NCBI GenBank assembly: GCA_963828735.1
Contig: CAWHFW010000005.1
Location: 1,440,001-1,504,000, forward strand
From: an uncultured Gemmatimonadales bacterium
GTDB taxonomy: Bacteria; Gemmatimonadota; Gemmatimonadetes; Gemmatimonadales; GWC2-71-9
Length of the DNA: 64,000 nt
Reading direction: 5' to 3'
In this document: piece after piece, positions 1 to 9,600 of the stretch
Layout of the letters: every line of letters begins with the position of its first letter
Position numbering within the stretch: position 1 is the first letter of the stretch
Made by a program: the position numbers and the translations under genes
The notes under the pieces: model-generated
Seen by the model: only the letters and a program-made list of their open reading frames with translations
Database searches by the model: none
Told to the model about the DNA's origin: nothing

Positions 1-154
1 CGAGCTGGTGCTGGCCGAAATCGCCCAGCTCTCACCGGAGGCCAGCGCGGGCGACCGCGAGCTGATTCGTGAAGGCATGGAGCGAGGCGGGGTGCTCTCC
101 CGTCTCCGGACGGTGGTGCCGGCCGGCACCCCCCCAACCCGAGGTGAATTGTGA
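1..154 (+). CDS. 3' end of hypothetical protein (possible anti-sigma-type membrane protein), partial
   Basis: Open frame from base 2: ELVLAEIAQLSPEASAGDRELIREGMERGGVLSRLRTVVPAG...; TGA 152-154 overlaps the GTG start of the next gene. Confidence 0.6.
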   Translation, partial: ELVLAEIAQLSPEASAGDRELIREGMERGGVLSRLRTVVPAGTPPTRGEL

Positions 155-1614
155 TCGCACGGATGTCGTTGGGCATGGCACTGGCCGGCCTGTTCGCGCT
201 CGGCGGCGGGTGGCCGTCGGCGACCCGGCCACCCGACCGGATCGGGCCTCTGCAGGACACCGCCGCGTCACCCGATCCCCGGCCACCCGAAGCCTGGCTT
301 CAGGGCGATCCGGCCGACTCCCTCTACCGCGCGGCACGCGAGGCGCTCGACCGGCGCGACTATCGGCGCGCGGCCGATCTCTTCGCCCAGGTGCCCACTC
401 GGTTCCCGCGGTCCGGCTATGCCGCCGATGCCTACTACTGGCGCGCATTCTCTCTCTACCGCCTGGGGGGCACGGCGCAGCTCAGGACCGCGCTGCAGGC
501 GCTCGATACGCAGCGCGACCGCTACCCCAAGGCCGCCACCAAGGGCGACGCGAAGGCGCTGGCCGGACGCATCCAGGGCGAGCTCGCCCGGCAGGGCGAC
601 CCCGACGCCGTCGCGATCGTGACTGCCGCCGCGGAAGACGTCGTTCGCCCGCCGGTCCCGCCGGTCCCTCCGATCGCACCGGCGCCCCCGACTCCTCCGA
701 CGCCGCCCGTGCCCGGCGACGGTGACGATCGGTGCTCCGACGATGATGACGACACCAAGCTCGCGGCGCTCAATGCGCTGATGCAGATGGACGACGCGCG
801 CGCCCGGCCGATCCTCCAGAGGGTGCTCGCGCGCCGCGACGCGGGGTCGGTCTGCCTGCGCCGGAAGGCCGTCTTCCTGATCGCCCAGGAGAGCGCGGCG
901 GGGGCCGAGGACATCCTGCTCGCGTCCGCGCGCACGGATCCCGACCCGGAAGTGCGGGAGCAGGCGGTGTTCTGGCTGTCGCAGGTGGGCACCGACCGAG
1001 CTGTCGGCGCGCTTGATTCGATCCTCCGGACCTCGACCGATCGGGCGCTGCAGGAGAAGGCCGTGTTCGCGCTGTCGCAGCACGGGAGCGAGCGGGCCAG
1101 CCAGGCGCTCCGCACCTACGCCGAGCGCCCGGACCTGCCCCCGGACCTGCGGGAGAAAGCGATCTTCTGGATCGGCCAGAGCGGCGGGAAGGAGAACGAA
1201 GCGTTCCTGCGGGCCCTCTACGGACGGCTCAAGGAGCAGGACCTCCGCAACAAGGTGCTCTTCTCCTTGTCGCAGGCCGGTGGCCCCGAGAACATGCGCT
1301 GGCTGCTCGGCGTGGCGCGCGACAAGACGCAACCCATGGAGTTGAGGAAGCAGGCCCTGTTCTGGGCGGGCCAGGGCGACGCCCCGATGACCGACCTGGC
1401 GAGCCTCTACGGCTCGCTCACCGACCGCGAGATGCGCGAACAGCTGATCTTCGTCTACTCCCAGCGCGACGAGCCCGCGGCGGTGGACAAGCTGCTCGAG
1501 ATCGCGCGGAGCGACCCCGACACCGAGCTCCGGAAGAAAGCGCTGTTCTGGCTCGGCCAGAGCAGCGATCCACGCGCCGCCAAGGCGCTCCAGGACATCA
1601 TCGAGCAGCCATGA
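151..1614 (+). CDS. Exported HEAT-repeat protein with N-terminal TPR/BamD-like segment
   Basis: Signal peptide; TPR-like ADAYYWRAFSLYRLG; Pro-rich linker; repeated (R/K)xxA(V/L/I)FWL(S/G)Q HEAT units. Confidence 0.85.
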   Translation: MIARMSLGMALAGLFALGGGWPSATRPPDRIGPLQDTAASPDPRPPEAWLQGDPADSLYRAAREALDRRDYRRAADLFAQVPTRFPRSGYAADAYYWRAFSLYRLGGTAQLRTALQALDTQRDRYPKAATKGDAKALAGRIQGELARQGDPDAVAIVTAAAEDVVRPPVPPVPPIAPAPPTPPTPPVPGDGDDRCSDDDDDTKLAALNALMQMDDARARPILQRVLARRDAGSVCLRRKAVFLIAQESAAGAEDILLASARTDPDPEVREQAVFWLSQVGTDRAVGALDSILRTSTDRALQEKAVFALSQHGSERASQALRTYAERPDLPPDLREKAIFWIGQSGGKENEAFLRALYGRLKEQDLRNKVLFSLSQAGGPENMRWLLGVARDKTQPMELRKQALFWAGQGDAPMTDLASLYGSLTDREMREQLIFVYSQRDEPAAVDKLLEIARSDPDTELRKKALFWLGQSSDPRAAKALQDIIEQP

Positions 1615-2360
1615 CCAGGACGATCCTTTCTTGCTGCCTGGTCGCGCTGGCGGCACGACTCGAGGGCCAGACCGTGGCGCAACGCGTCGCGACCGCCCCC
1701 GACGGCACGGTGCGCCTCAGCTTCGCGGCCCGCCGAGGTGTCTGCGGCAACGGCGGCCACAACATTACGATCGTGGACCACGACGAGCACGGGGAGTGGG
1801 AGAGCGATTGTACGCCCGGTCCGGTACGTGTGTCGCTCCGGGTGAAGGGCGGGCGCGTGTCCGATGCGCACGCGTACGTCGGCGGCCGGTGGCGCCCGGC
1901 GCAAGGTCAGACGACCGACCTGGGCACGGTGTCCGCCCCCCAGGCGGCCTCGGACCTACTCACGCTGGCCGAACGGGCGGACGGCGACGCGGATGGACTG
2001 GTCACCGCGGCCACGCTGGCGGACAGCGCGGTCGTCTGGCCCGCCCTTCTCGGGCTGGCCAGGCGGGAGGACGTCGCGCTCGAGACGCGTCGGCAGGCGG
2101 TCTTCTGGCTCGGCCAGGCGGCCGGTGAAGCGGCGACTCGAGGCCTGGACTCGATCACCGCCGACGAGAGCGGCGACCTCGAGGTCCGGAAGCAGGCGGT
2201 GTTCGCACTGTCGCAACGCCCCGCCGACGAGGGCGTGCCGGCGCTCATCCGCGTCGCGCGCACGAACCCGAACGGCGAAATCCGGAAAAGCGCGCTCTTC
2301 TGGCTGGGACAGAGCGAGGACCCGCGAGCGCTCGCGCTGTTCGAGGATCTCCTCCGGTAG
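1611..2360 (+). CDS. Exported HEAT-repeat protein
   Basis: ATGA overlap with upstream gene; signal peptide; RRQAVFWLGQ, RKQAVFALSQ, RKSALFWLGQ repeats. Confidence 0.85.
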   Translation: MTRTILSCCLVALAARLEGQTVAQRVATAPDGTVRLSFAARRGVCGNGGHNITIVDHDEHGEWESDCTPGPVRVSLRVKGGRVSDAHAYVGGRWRPAQGQTTDLGTVSAPQAASDLLTLAERADGDADGLVTAATLADSAVVWPALLGLARREDVALETRRQAVFWLGQAAGEAATRGLDSITADESGDLEVRKQAVFALSQRPADEGVPALIRVARTNPNGEIRKSALFWLGQSEDPRALALFEDLLR

Positions 2361-2410
2361 CGCCTTGGGCGGCGATGAGTCGCCGCCCGCCCCTCCATTA
2401 CATTCCCCGC

Positions 2411-3487
2411 ATGCGGGCTGCCCCCCAGGCGATCCTCGCCGTTTTGCTGCTTCCCGGCTGTGGCGAGAAAGCCCCGCCCGCGCCGGTCGTGACCCTCGTG
2501 GCGGCGCACGACACGGTCCAGACGGCGCTCACGGATGTGACGACCGGCGCGTGGCTGGGCGGAGCCCGATGGGCGGTGCTCGCCCCACCCGATGAGCGCG
2601 TGCTCGTTGCCGACATGGCGAAGCATGCCGCTGCTCCGCTCGGCGCGGGCGGCAAGGACCTGCGCAACCCGTCCACGCTCTTCCGCGCGGGAGACACGCT
2701 GTATGTTGGGGACTGGGGACTGCGCCGCACGTCCCGGTGGACCCTCGACGGGCGCTTCGCCGGCGCGATCCCCACGACGGACGCGGTACGAGGCGTCCTT
2801 CCCCACGCCCGCGATGCCGAGGGCCGGTTCTACCTGGAGCTCCGCCCGCACCCCGGGTCCGATGGTCAGGGGAACCGCGACTCGGCCACGGTCGTCCGGA
2901 CGCCGTCCGGATTCGAGCGGATGGACACCATCGCGCTGCTGGCCCCGCTCGACATCGCCGAGGTGGCCAGCGACGCTGGCCGGCGCTTTGAGCGGCGCGT
3001 GTTCAGTGGGGTGGACCAGTGGGGCGCGCTGCCCGACGGATCGCTGTGGGTGGGGCGGGTCTACGAGAATCGGGTCGACTGGCGGAATCCCGCGGGCCAG
3101 TGGACCCGCGGCGATCCTCTGCCCGACCGGGTGCTCGAGGTGACCCGCTACGATCGCGAGCTCTTCGTCCGCCGGTTTCCGCCCGAGCTTCGCAGCACGG
3201 CCGAGCAGCTTCCGTTCGCTCCCGTGAAACCGCCGTTCGAGGCCGGGCTCACTAGCCCGGCGGGAGATGCGTGGCTGGAGAAGAGCCGCGCACCCGTCGA
3301 TTCGAGTCGCCGCTACCACGTGGTGGACCGCCGCGGCCGGCTGCGGGAGGAGATCCGGGTCCCGGGTTCCGGGCGTATCATCGCGGTCGGGACGGACGCC
3401 GCGCTGGTCGCCGAGCCGTCCCGCGACGGCGTCCGACTGATGCGATTCGACCTTCCGGCCCACGCGGCCGACAGCACGCCACACTAG
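2411..3487 (+). CDS. Lipoprotein, probable beta-propeller
   Basis: Lipobox LLLPGC; GDTLYVGD and PDGSLWV propeller-like motifs; TACATT 6 nt before ATG 2411. Confidence 0.75.
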   Translation: MRAAPQAILAVLLLPGCGEKAPPAPVVTLVAAHDTVQTALTDVTTGAWLGGARWAVLAPPDERVLVADMAKHAAAPLGAGGKDLRNPSTLFRAGDTLYVGDWGLRRTSRWTLDGRFAGAIPTTDAVRGVLPHARDAEGRFYLELRPHPGSDGQGNRDSATVVRTPSGFERMDTIALLAPLDIAEVASDAGRRFERRVFSGVDQWGALPDGSLWVGRVYENRVDWRNPAGQWTRGDPLPDRVLEVTRYDRELFVRRFPPELRSTAEQLPFAPVKPPFEAGLTSPAGDAWLEKSRAPVDSSRRYHVVDRRGRLREEIRVPGSGRIIAVGTDAALVAEPSRDGVRLMRFDLPAHAADSTPH

Positions 3488-3522
3488 TCACCATCACCCG
3501 TTCAGGCCCGGAGGTTCACCGC

Positions 3523-4626
3523 ATGAGGCTGGCCCCGACGTTCTGTGCCATTCTGCTGATCGCCCTCGGATGCTCGCGCGCCGAGAGTCAGGCCGGCCTT
3601 ACGCTCGAGAAGAAGCTGCCGGTCAGCTTTGCCCAGCTGAGCAACGTGGTCGAGCTGGCCAACGGGCGCGTCGCTTTCGCCGATACCAAGGCGAAGCTCT
3701 TCCTCCAGGCGGACCTGCAGACCGGCAAGGTGGATACAGTCGGCACGCGCGTGGACTCACTGATCGCCAACGCGCCGCCCGAGCACTACAAGTTCCCGGG
3801 CTGGGTGGCGCACCTGGCAGGCGACACGGTCGCACTCGTGGACTTCAGCGCCCTGCGGACCACCCTCTGGAACGAGACGGGCAAGCCGCTCGGCGTGCTA
3901 CCGATCGTGGAGGCAGCCGGGCAGGCGCCGGTCCTGGTGTATGACACCATCGGGAACGGGTACAAGGTGGACTACCAGGCGGTCCTCGGCGGCGGGGAGC
4001 CGGGCAAGATTGTCCGCCCGGACAGCGTGCCGGTGCTGCGGATCGGGCTCAAGTCAGGGAAGGTGGATACGGTCGCGAACCTCGCCTCGCCCGACTTCGG
4101 CGACGCCATGTTCGGCGAGCAGGCGCAGCAGGCTGTGAAGGTGTTCGCTCCCAACGACTTCTTCGGCGTGCTTCCGAACGGGACGGCGTGGCTGGCACGG
4201 GGCCACGAGAACCGGGTGGACTGGCGCGCACCGAGCGGCACGTGGACGACGGGCAAGACGCACGAGTATGCCAAGCAGCCCGTGACCCAGGCCGATCGCG
4301 ACCGCGTGCTGGCTCAGGTGCGCGAGCACGGCAAGCAGTTCGGCATGCCGCAGGATCTGCCGATCCAGTATCCCTTCGCCGACAACAAGCCGCCGTTCGA
4401 TTTCGCGCTGGGCCGGCCCAATGGCGAGGTCTGGCTCCAGCGCCCGCGTGCGAAGGAGGATGCTCCGGTCACCTACGATGTGTTCAACCGGAAGGGCGCG
4501 TGGGAACGGGCGGTGGAGTTTCCCATCGGGGCATCGCTGGCGGGGTTCGGGGAGAAGGGGGCGGTCTACGCGTCGATCAAGGAGAAGGACGGCTCGCGGA
4601 CGGTGGGGCGGTTTGCACTGAAGTAG
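3523..4626 (+). CDS. Lipoprotein, probable beta-propeller (paralog-like of upstream gene)
   Basis: GGAGG SD at 3510; lipobox IALGC; GDTVALVD, PNGTAWL, KPPF...GEVWL motifs shared with 2411..3487. Confidence 0.75.
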   Translation: MRLAPTFCAILLIALGCSRAESQAGLTLEKKLPVSFAQLSNVVELANGRVAFADTKAKLFLQADLQTGKVDTVGTRVDSLIANAPPEHYKFPGWVAHLAGDTVALVDFSALRTTLWNETGKPLGVLPIVEAAGQAPVLVYDTIGNGYKVDYQAVLGGGEPGKIVRPDSVPVLRIGLKSGKVDTVANLASPDFGDAMFGEQAQQAVKVFAPNDFFGVLPNGTAWLARGHENRVDWRAPSGTWTTGKTHEYAKQPVTQADRDRVLAQVREHGKQFGMPQDLPIQYPFADNKPPFDFALGRPNGEVWLQRPRAKEDAPVTYDVFNRKGAWERAVEFPIGASLAGFGEKGAVYASIKEKDGSRTVGRFALK

Positions 4627-4655
4627 AGTCCTCGCTCGCACGAGTCCCAGGCAAG

Positions 4656-4683
4656 CATCATCTCGAGCGAAGCGAGGGGACCT
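4656..4683. repeat. Degenerate REP-like intergenic element (copy 1)
   Basis: CATCATCTCGAGCGAAGCGAGGGGACCT; 15-nt core CGAGCGAAGCGAGGG (4664-4678) identical to 27463-27477. Confidence 0.5.
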
Positions 4684-4760
4684 CTCCGGGTGGTGCCGGG
4701 AACATCGCCACGTTCCCGAGCTCTGCTGACGTCATCTGCCGTCATCTGCGCCGGTGGAGG

Positions 4761-5486
4761 TCAGTCCAGGATCGGCGGCTCGTCTCCTGGCGGCGTGTTC
4801 GGGCCCTGGCGATCGGTCCGGCGGCGATCGCGCCGCCGGCCCTCCTCGTACCAACGGCGGGTGATCTCTCCCGCCAGGTCCCGATTGCCCAATCCGAACG
4901 CGAGACCAACGGCGAGGGCCACCGCGCCCAGCGTCAGCGTGAACGCGGCGGTGACGATCTCCTCCGCGACCCCCACCTGCTGCAGCGCCATGAACACCGC
5001 AATCACGACCACCGCGCCCTTCGCCATCTTGGCCACGGTCGGCACGCCGGACACGGTGCCGGCGGAGGCGAGGATCAGGCCGCGGACGAACTCGCCCAGG
5101 ATCATCCCGAGAATCACGATGACGATCCCGGCGATGAGCGTCGGAATGAAGGCCAGCATGGTTCCGAACATCTGATTGATGCTCTCGAGACCGAGCGCCG
5201 TGCTCGCGAGCAGGATCACAACCAGCATCACCAGCCAGAAGATCAGCTTCGCGAGGGCCCGCACCGGATCGAGTCGGGAGCCGGTGCGCACGACCACCTC
5301 GTCGAGCCCACCTGCCGCAGCGACCCGGTTGAAGTCGAGGCGCTTGAGCGTATCGTCCGCCCAACGCTGGATCTGCCGCGCCAGGAAGTAGCCGGTGAGC
5401 AGGATCACGGCCGCGCCGACGAGCGCGGGCACCACGGAGCCGATCTGATCGGCGCCGATGCGGAGTCGCTCCCAGAGTTCGTTCAC
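4761..5486 (-). CDS. CmpX-like / MscS-associated TM-helix membrane protein
   Basis: Repeated P.L(V/I)(G/A)(A/G)..IL..G TM helices; C-terminal LAFGLGNRDLA; GTG start overlaps upstream stop. Confidence 0.8.
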   Translation of the reverse strand: MNELWERLRIGADQIGSVVPALVGAAVILLTGYFLARQIQRWADDTLKRLDFNRVAAAGGLDEVVVRTGSRLDPVRALAKLIFWLVMLVVILLASTALGLESINQMFGTMLAFIPTLIAGIVIVILGMILGEFVRGLILASAGTVSGVPTVAKMAKGAVVVIAVFMALQQVGVAEEIVTAAFTLTLGAVALAVGLAFGLGNRDLAGEITRRWYEEGRRRDRRRTDRQGPNTPPGDEPPILD

Positions 5487-6520
5487 GTTGCCACCTCGAT
5501 CACGAGTTTCCCCATCTGCTCGCCACGTTGCAGCCGGGCGAACGCCTCCGTCGCCCGGTCCATGGGCACGGTGGCGTCGACCACCGGCCACAGCAGCCCT
5601 TCGTGGGCGAGCGCCACGATGGATTGATACTCACGGTGGCTGCCCAGGGTAGAGCCCAGGATACTCCACTGGTGCCAGAAGAGCCGTCGCAGATCGAGTT
5701 GGATCATCGGCCCCGTGGTGGCACCGCAGATCACGAGCCGGCCGCCGCGCCGCATCGCGCGGAGCGAGTCCTGCCACCGGGTCTGGCCGATGCTATCGAC
5801 CACCACGTCGGCCCCGCGGCCGTCGGTGCACCGCCGGACCTCGGCGACGACGTCCTGCGTCGCGTGATTCACCGTCTCGTCGGCGCCGTGCCGCCGGGCA
5901 ATTTCGAGCTTCGCGTCCGATCCGCTGGTCACGAGGACCCGGGCTCCGAGGTGCCGTGCGATCTGGAGCGCGGCCATCGCGACGCCCCCGCCGATGCCCC
6001 AGACGAGCACCGTCTCGCCCGGCTGGAGCGCGGCCCGCGTGACGAGCATCCGCCACGCCGTGAGGGTCGCGAGCGAAAACGCCGCCGCCTGCGCCCACGG
6101 CATCCCGGGTGGCACGGGCGCCAGGTTGACGGCGGGCACGACCACGAACTCCGCCGCCGTGCCCGGCCGGTGCTCGCCGACCACGCGGAAGGTCGAGCAT
6201 AGCGACTCCTCGCCGGCCTGGCAGGCCGAGCAGGCGCCGCAGGAGGTGCCGGGATTGATCATGACCCGGTCGCCCACGCCAACGGTGGTCACGTCGCGTC
6301 CCACGGCCTCGACGATGCCGGCGCCATCCGAGCCCACGATGTGCGGAAAGCTGTACCTCACGCCGGGCAGGCCGTCGGCGACGAAGAGATCGAGGCGGTT
6401 GAGCGCGGCGGCGCGGATCCGGACCAGCGCGTCGCCGGGCGCGTCGAGCGGAGGACGCGGCAGCTCTCGCAGCGCGAGATGCTCGAGCCCGCCGATCCCG
6501 TCGAGGGCGAGCGCTTTCAT
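5483..6520 (-). CDS. Zinc-binding alcohol dehydrogenase / quinone oxidoreductase (MDR family)
   Basis: AAALNRLD, GSDGAG, structural Zn motif CGACSACQAGEESLC, GIGGGVA nucleotide-binding loop. Confidence 0.9.
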   Translation of the reverse strand: MKALALDGIGGLEHLALRELPRPPLDAPGDALVRIRAAALNRLDLFVADGLPGVRYSFPHIVGSDGAGIVEAVGRDVTTVGVGDRVMINPGTSCGACSACQAGEESLCSTFRVVGEHRPGTAAEFVVVPAVNLAPVPPGMPWAQAAAFSLATLTAWRMLVTRAALQPGETVLVWGIGGGVAMAALQIARHLGARVLVTSGSDAKLEIARRHGADETVNHATQDVVAEVRRCTDGRGADVVVDSIGQTRWQDSLRAMRRGGRLVICGATTGPMIQLDLRRLFWHQWSILGSTLGSHREYQSIVALAHEGLLWPVVDATVPMDRATEAFARLQRGEQMGKLVIEVAT

Positions 6521-6533
6521 GGCCGGCGCTCCC

Positions 6534-8753
6534 TCAGAACGAGGGGCTCAGCACCTGCTCGCCGGGGTGCAGCGGCACGAGCACCGGTGTACTGCGGGCC
6601 ACCAGCGGCTGGATGCGCAGCGAGAGTTGCGACTTGCCCTTGCCCGCCTCGGCTACCTTGCCCGCGACATAGGCGATGCGCTCGCCGTCGGGCGAGACGT
6701 CGAGCGTCACCACCGGTTGATCGATCTCGAGCAAGGGGAGCGGCGCCGTCCCGCTCCCGGCCGCCAGACGCATGAGACGCGCCTTGTTGCCCTTGTCGAT
6801 CACGTAGATCAGGTCGCCGGTCGGGAGGTAGCGGGGATTCCCCTCGCGGTCGCCGCTCTTGGTGAGTCGCCGCGTCTCGCCGCCGCCGAGATCGACCTCG
6901 TAGATCTCCGGATTGCCGTCCCGCGTCGAGACGAACGCGACCCGCCGCCCGTCGGGGGACACGTCGGGCGCCCGGTTGCCGCCGGTGGAGGACGTCAGTG
7001 GGCGCGGGTCGGTACCGTCGGCGCGCACGCTCACGAGCTGAGACGAGCCTCCCTGCGGCGTCGCGGTGTAGACGAGGCGCGTGCCGTCCGGGGTCCACAC
7101 CGGCTCCTCTTCCGCGCCCGGATCGGTGGTGATCCGGCGAACGTTGCGACCGTCCGCGTCCATGACATACAGATCGGGGCTGCCGCTCCTGCTCGAGCTG
7201 AACGCGATCCTGGTCCGATCGGGCGAGCGCACCGCCTGGACCGCGCCCCCGGCATCGACCAGCACCGGGAGAAGCGTGTCCGGGCTGTCGGATCGGAGCT
7301 GGTAGATCCCGAAAGCGCCGGCGCGTGTCGACGCCACGAGCAGGTCGGCGGTCACGAAGACGTCGGCCGTCACGGTCTTGCCCCACGGCGCGGCGGCGGT
7401 CACCACCGCATGGCCGGGGCTCACTCCCCGGACCTCGCCGGCGCTCACCGCCGCGATGTCCGCGTGGTCGCTGCTCCATTGGACGGCTGCGGGGCCGATG
7501 GGCTTGTTGTTGTCGTCCCGCAGGGTCGCGGCGAGAGTCGTCCGCTCGCCGGGTCCGAGGCCGATGCGGGGCCGATCGAGACTGAGGACGCCAGGGACCA
7601 CCTGGACGCGCCACACCACGGGATCGAAGGCGCGGAGGCCCACGGTGAGCGTCGTCGCCCCGGTGTCGCGCGCCGTCAGCGTCCCGGTAGCGCGATCGAA
7701 CCCGGCCACCCCCGTGTCACCCACCGTCCACGCGATTCGCGCCTCGGGAATCGGCGTGCTGTCCGCCGCCTGGGCGACGGCACTGAACTGGCGGACCGAG
7801 TGCAAAGGGACCTGCATCGGATCGGCCATCGGCTTGGGCGAGACCACCAGCCTCTGTGCCAGCCGGTGAACGAGCAGCGCCGTTCGGCGCTCCTGGCCGA
7901 AGCCGCGCATGACGATTTCCGTGCGACCCGGCGCCCGCGCCGTCACGATGCCCGTCGAGTCCACCGAGGCGACGGCGGTGTCGGCCGATTGCCACTGCAC
8001 GCCCCCCCGAATGCCGCGGTTGCTCTGCGAGGGGACACGCACGCTCAGGGTTTCCGCGTCCTCCGGCCCCAAGACCCCGCTCGCGCCGGCGAGCGCGATG
8101 TCCGCCGATTCGACCTCGACGGGCAGTGTGGCCATGAGGCCTCCGGTCGCGCTGGCCTCCACGATGCTCTTGCCGGGCGTCACGCCGGTCACGAGCCCGG
8201 TGCTGTCTACCGTGGCCACCTCGGGCTTGAGCGATTTCCAGATCACCCGTCCCACCGCGCCAGCCGACCCGTCCTCGTGCAGCGCCTGGGGCGTGACCAG
8301 GATGGTCTCGCCCGGGAGCAGCATGGCCGTGGTCGGATCGAGCGTGAGAAGGGCGCCGCCCGTGCCCCCGCCCGCTCCTGCGCCCGTGATCAATACCGCC
8401 AACGACGCCCGGCGGCCCTGGGTGCGCGCTTCGACCTTCGCGAGGCCGGCGGCGATGCCCAGCACGTTGCCGTCGCGCGAGACCCGCGCGATGGCCGTGT
8501 CCGAGCTCCAGAAGGTGAACTTGGCCGACGGGATCAGGTTGCCCTGCCGGTCATACGCCGTGGCGAAGATCGGCTGCCTCTGACCGACGGCGAGCGTCAT
8601 CGTCTCGGGCGTGACCTGGACCTCGCTCGCGGTCTGGGCCTGGAGAGGTGCGGCCAGGCCGACCGCGAGGACGAGCCCCCTGGCCGCAAGACGGACGGGA
8701 CGCTTCGGACGCCGGAACCCGTGGCAGTCCGTTGGCAATCGGAGAGATGTCAC
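6534..8753 (-). CDS. Exported protein with tandem Ig-like (Big_2) domains and C-terminal TolB/PD40 beta-propeller
   Basis: Repeated WSSDTAIARVS / WKSLKPEVATVDSTG Big_2 motifs; SPDRTRIAFSS, PVWTPDG, SPDGRRVAFVS PD40 repeats; start uncertain. Confidence 0.85.
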   Translation of the reverse strand: MTSLRLPTDCHGFRRPKRPVRLAARGLVLAVGLAAPLQAQTASEVQVTPETMTLAVGQRQPIFATAYDRQGNLIPSAKFTFWSSDTAIARVSRDGNVLGIAAGLAKVEARTQGRRASLAVLITGAGAGGGTGGALLTLDPTTAMLLPGETILVTPQALHEDGSAGAVGRVIWKSLKPEVATVDSTGLVTGVTPGKSIVEASATGGLMATLPVEVESADIALAGASGVLGPEDAETLSVRVPSQSNRGIRGGVQWQSADTAVASVDSTGIVTARAPGRTEIVMRGFGQERRTALLVHRLAQRLVVSPKPMADPMQVPLHSVRQFSAVAQAADSTPIPEARIAWTVGDTGVAGFDRATGTLTARDTGATTLTVGLRAFDPVVWRVQVVPGVLSLDRPRIGLGPGERTTLAATLRDDNNKPIGPAAVQWSSDHADIAAVSAGEVRGVSPGHAVVTAAAPWGKTVTADVFVTADLLVASTRAGAFGIYQLRSDSPDTLLPVLVDAGGAVQAVRSPDRTRIAFSSSRSGSPDLYVMDADGRNVRRITTDPGAEEEPVWTPDGTRLVYTATPQGGSSQLVSVRADGTDPRPLTSSTGGNRAPDVSPDGRRVAFVSTRDGNPEIYEVDLGGGETRRLTKSGDREGNPRYLPTGDLIYVIDKGNKARLMRLAAGSGTAPLPLLEIDQPVVTLDVSPDGERIAYVAGKVAEAGKGKSQLSLRIQPLVARSTPVLVPLHPGEQVLSPSF

Positions 8754-8890
8754 CGGCAGTGATGTCCGGGAAAGAGGAGGTGTGCGATAATAATAGCGCA
8801 CGCCGGGCGAGGTCGCATCGGAGGCCTCCGGCGGCGCGCCGGGATCGAGGTACCCGGGAAAGCGCGGAATGCCGGCCTCGATGTGCGCCG

Positions 8891-8915
8891 TAACACTATT
8901 GGCCACAAAGTGTTA
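8891..8915. promoter_or_regulatory. Inverted repeat / IHF-like site in divergent intergenic region
   Basis: TAACACT-N11-AGTGTTA perfect 7-bp dyad; contains CAA-N4-TTA. Confidence 0.4.
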
Positions 8916-9124
8916 TACTGGCGGACAACACCCTTGAGGAGCGGCCGCGGGCGACGGCATTCCAGCGCACGCCATCAGGATCGGTCTGCGTCGGGTGTGC
9001 GTGTTTCGAGCCTTGCAGAAGGCATCAAGATGTGCATGTTATATCAGCATTCATCCACCCCAGCACAGGCGCACGCGGGTCACCGCCGATGATTGCGCCG
9101 CACCTGCGATCGGAGGAAGCGAAG

Positions 9125-9589
9125 ATGGCCGAGCTTCATTATATGGAAATGGGCTGGTCCGGCTCCGGCTGGATGGATCCGTTGCCGACGGACCCGCCGG
9201 CCCCAACCACACCTCCGGCCGCGCCAGCGCCTGCCGCCAGGTCCACGGCGCGGGCCGGCGCCGCCATGCCGCCGACCACCGCGGCCAAGCCCACGCGGAA
9301 GGCCGCGCCCTCGGCCAGCAAGAAGGCGCCGAAGAAGGCCGCCAAGAAGGCCGCCAAGAAGGCTGCCAAGAAGGCCGCGGCAAAGGGTGCGAAAAAGGCC
9401 GCGAAGAAGGCCGCCAAGAAGAGCGCAAAGAAATCCGTGAAGAGGATCGTACGGCGGGCGAAGCGGGGCGCGAAGCGCGCAGTCCGGCGCGCGAAGAGGG
9501 TGGCGAAGCGGGGGGCGAGAAAGTCCGTCCGGCGGGCGAAGAAAGCGACGCGGGGCGCGAAGAGGGCCGCCAGGCGCCGCCGTCGCTGA
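9125..9589 (+). CDS. Histone H1-like, Lys/Arg/Ala-rich putative nucleoid-associated protein
   Basis: GGAGG SD at ~9112; tandem KKAA repeats (AAGAAGGCCGCC units) then KR.AKR..RRAK repeats; ends RRRRR. Confidence 0.7.
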   Translation: MAELHYMEMGWSGSGWMDPLPTDPPAPTTPPAAPAPAARSTARAGAAMPPTTAAKPTRKAAPSASKKAPKKAAKKAAKKAAKKAAAKGAKKAAKKAAKKSAKKSVKRIVRRAKRGAKRAVRRAKRVAKRGARKSVRRAKKATRGAKRAARRRRR

Positions 9590-9600
9590 GCCAGGTCGCG

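Noticed and set aside
8864..8877. sigma54 site for the Big_2/TolB gene
   Set aside because: Only GG-N10-GC with poor flanks (GGCCG...CCGC); expected by chance at this GC content.
9319..9430. Tandem 12-nt repeats as CRISPR or VNTR
   Set aside because: They are in-frame codons of the KKAA repeats; no spacers and no cas genes.
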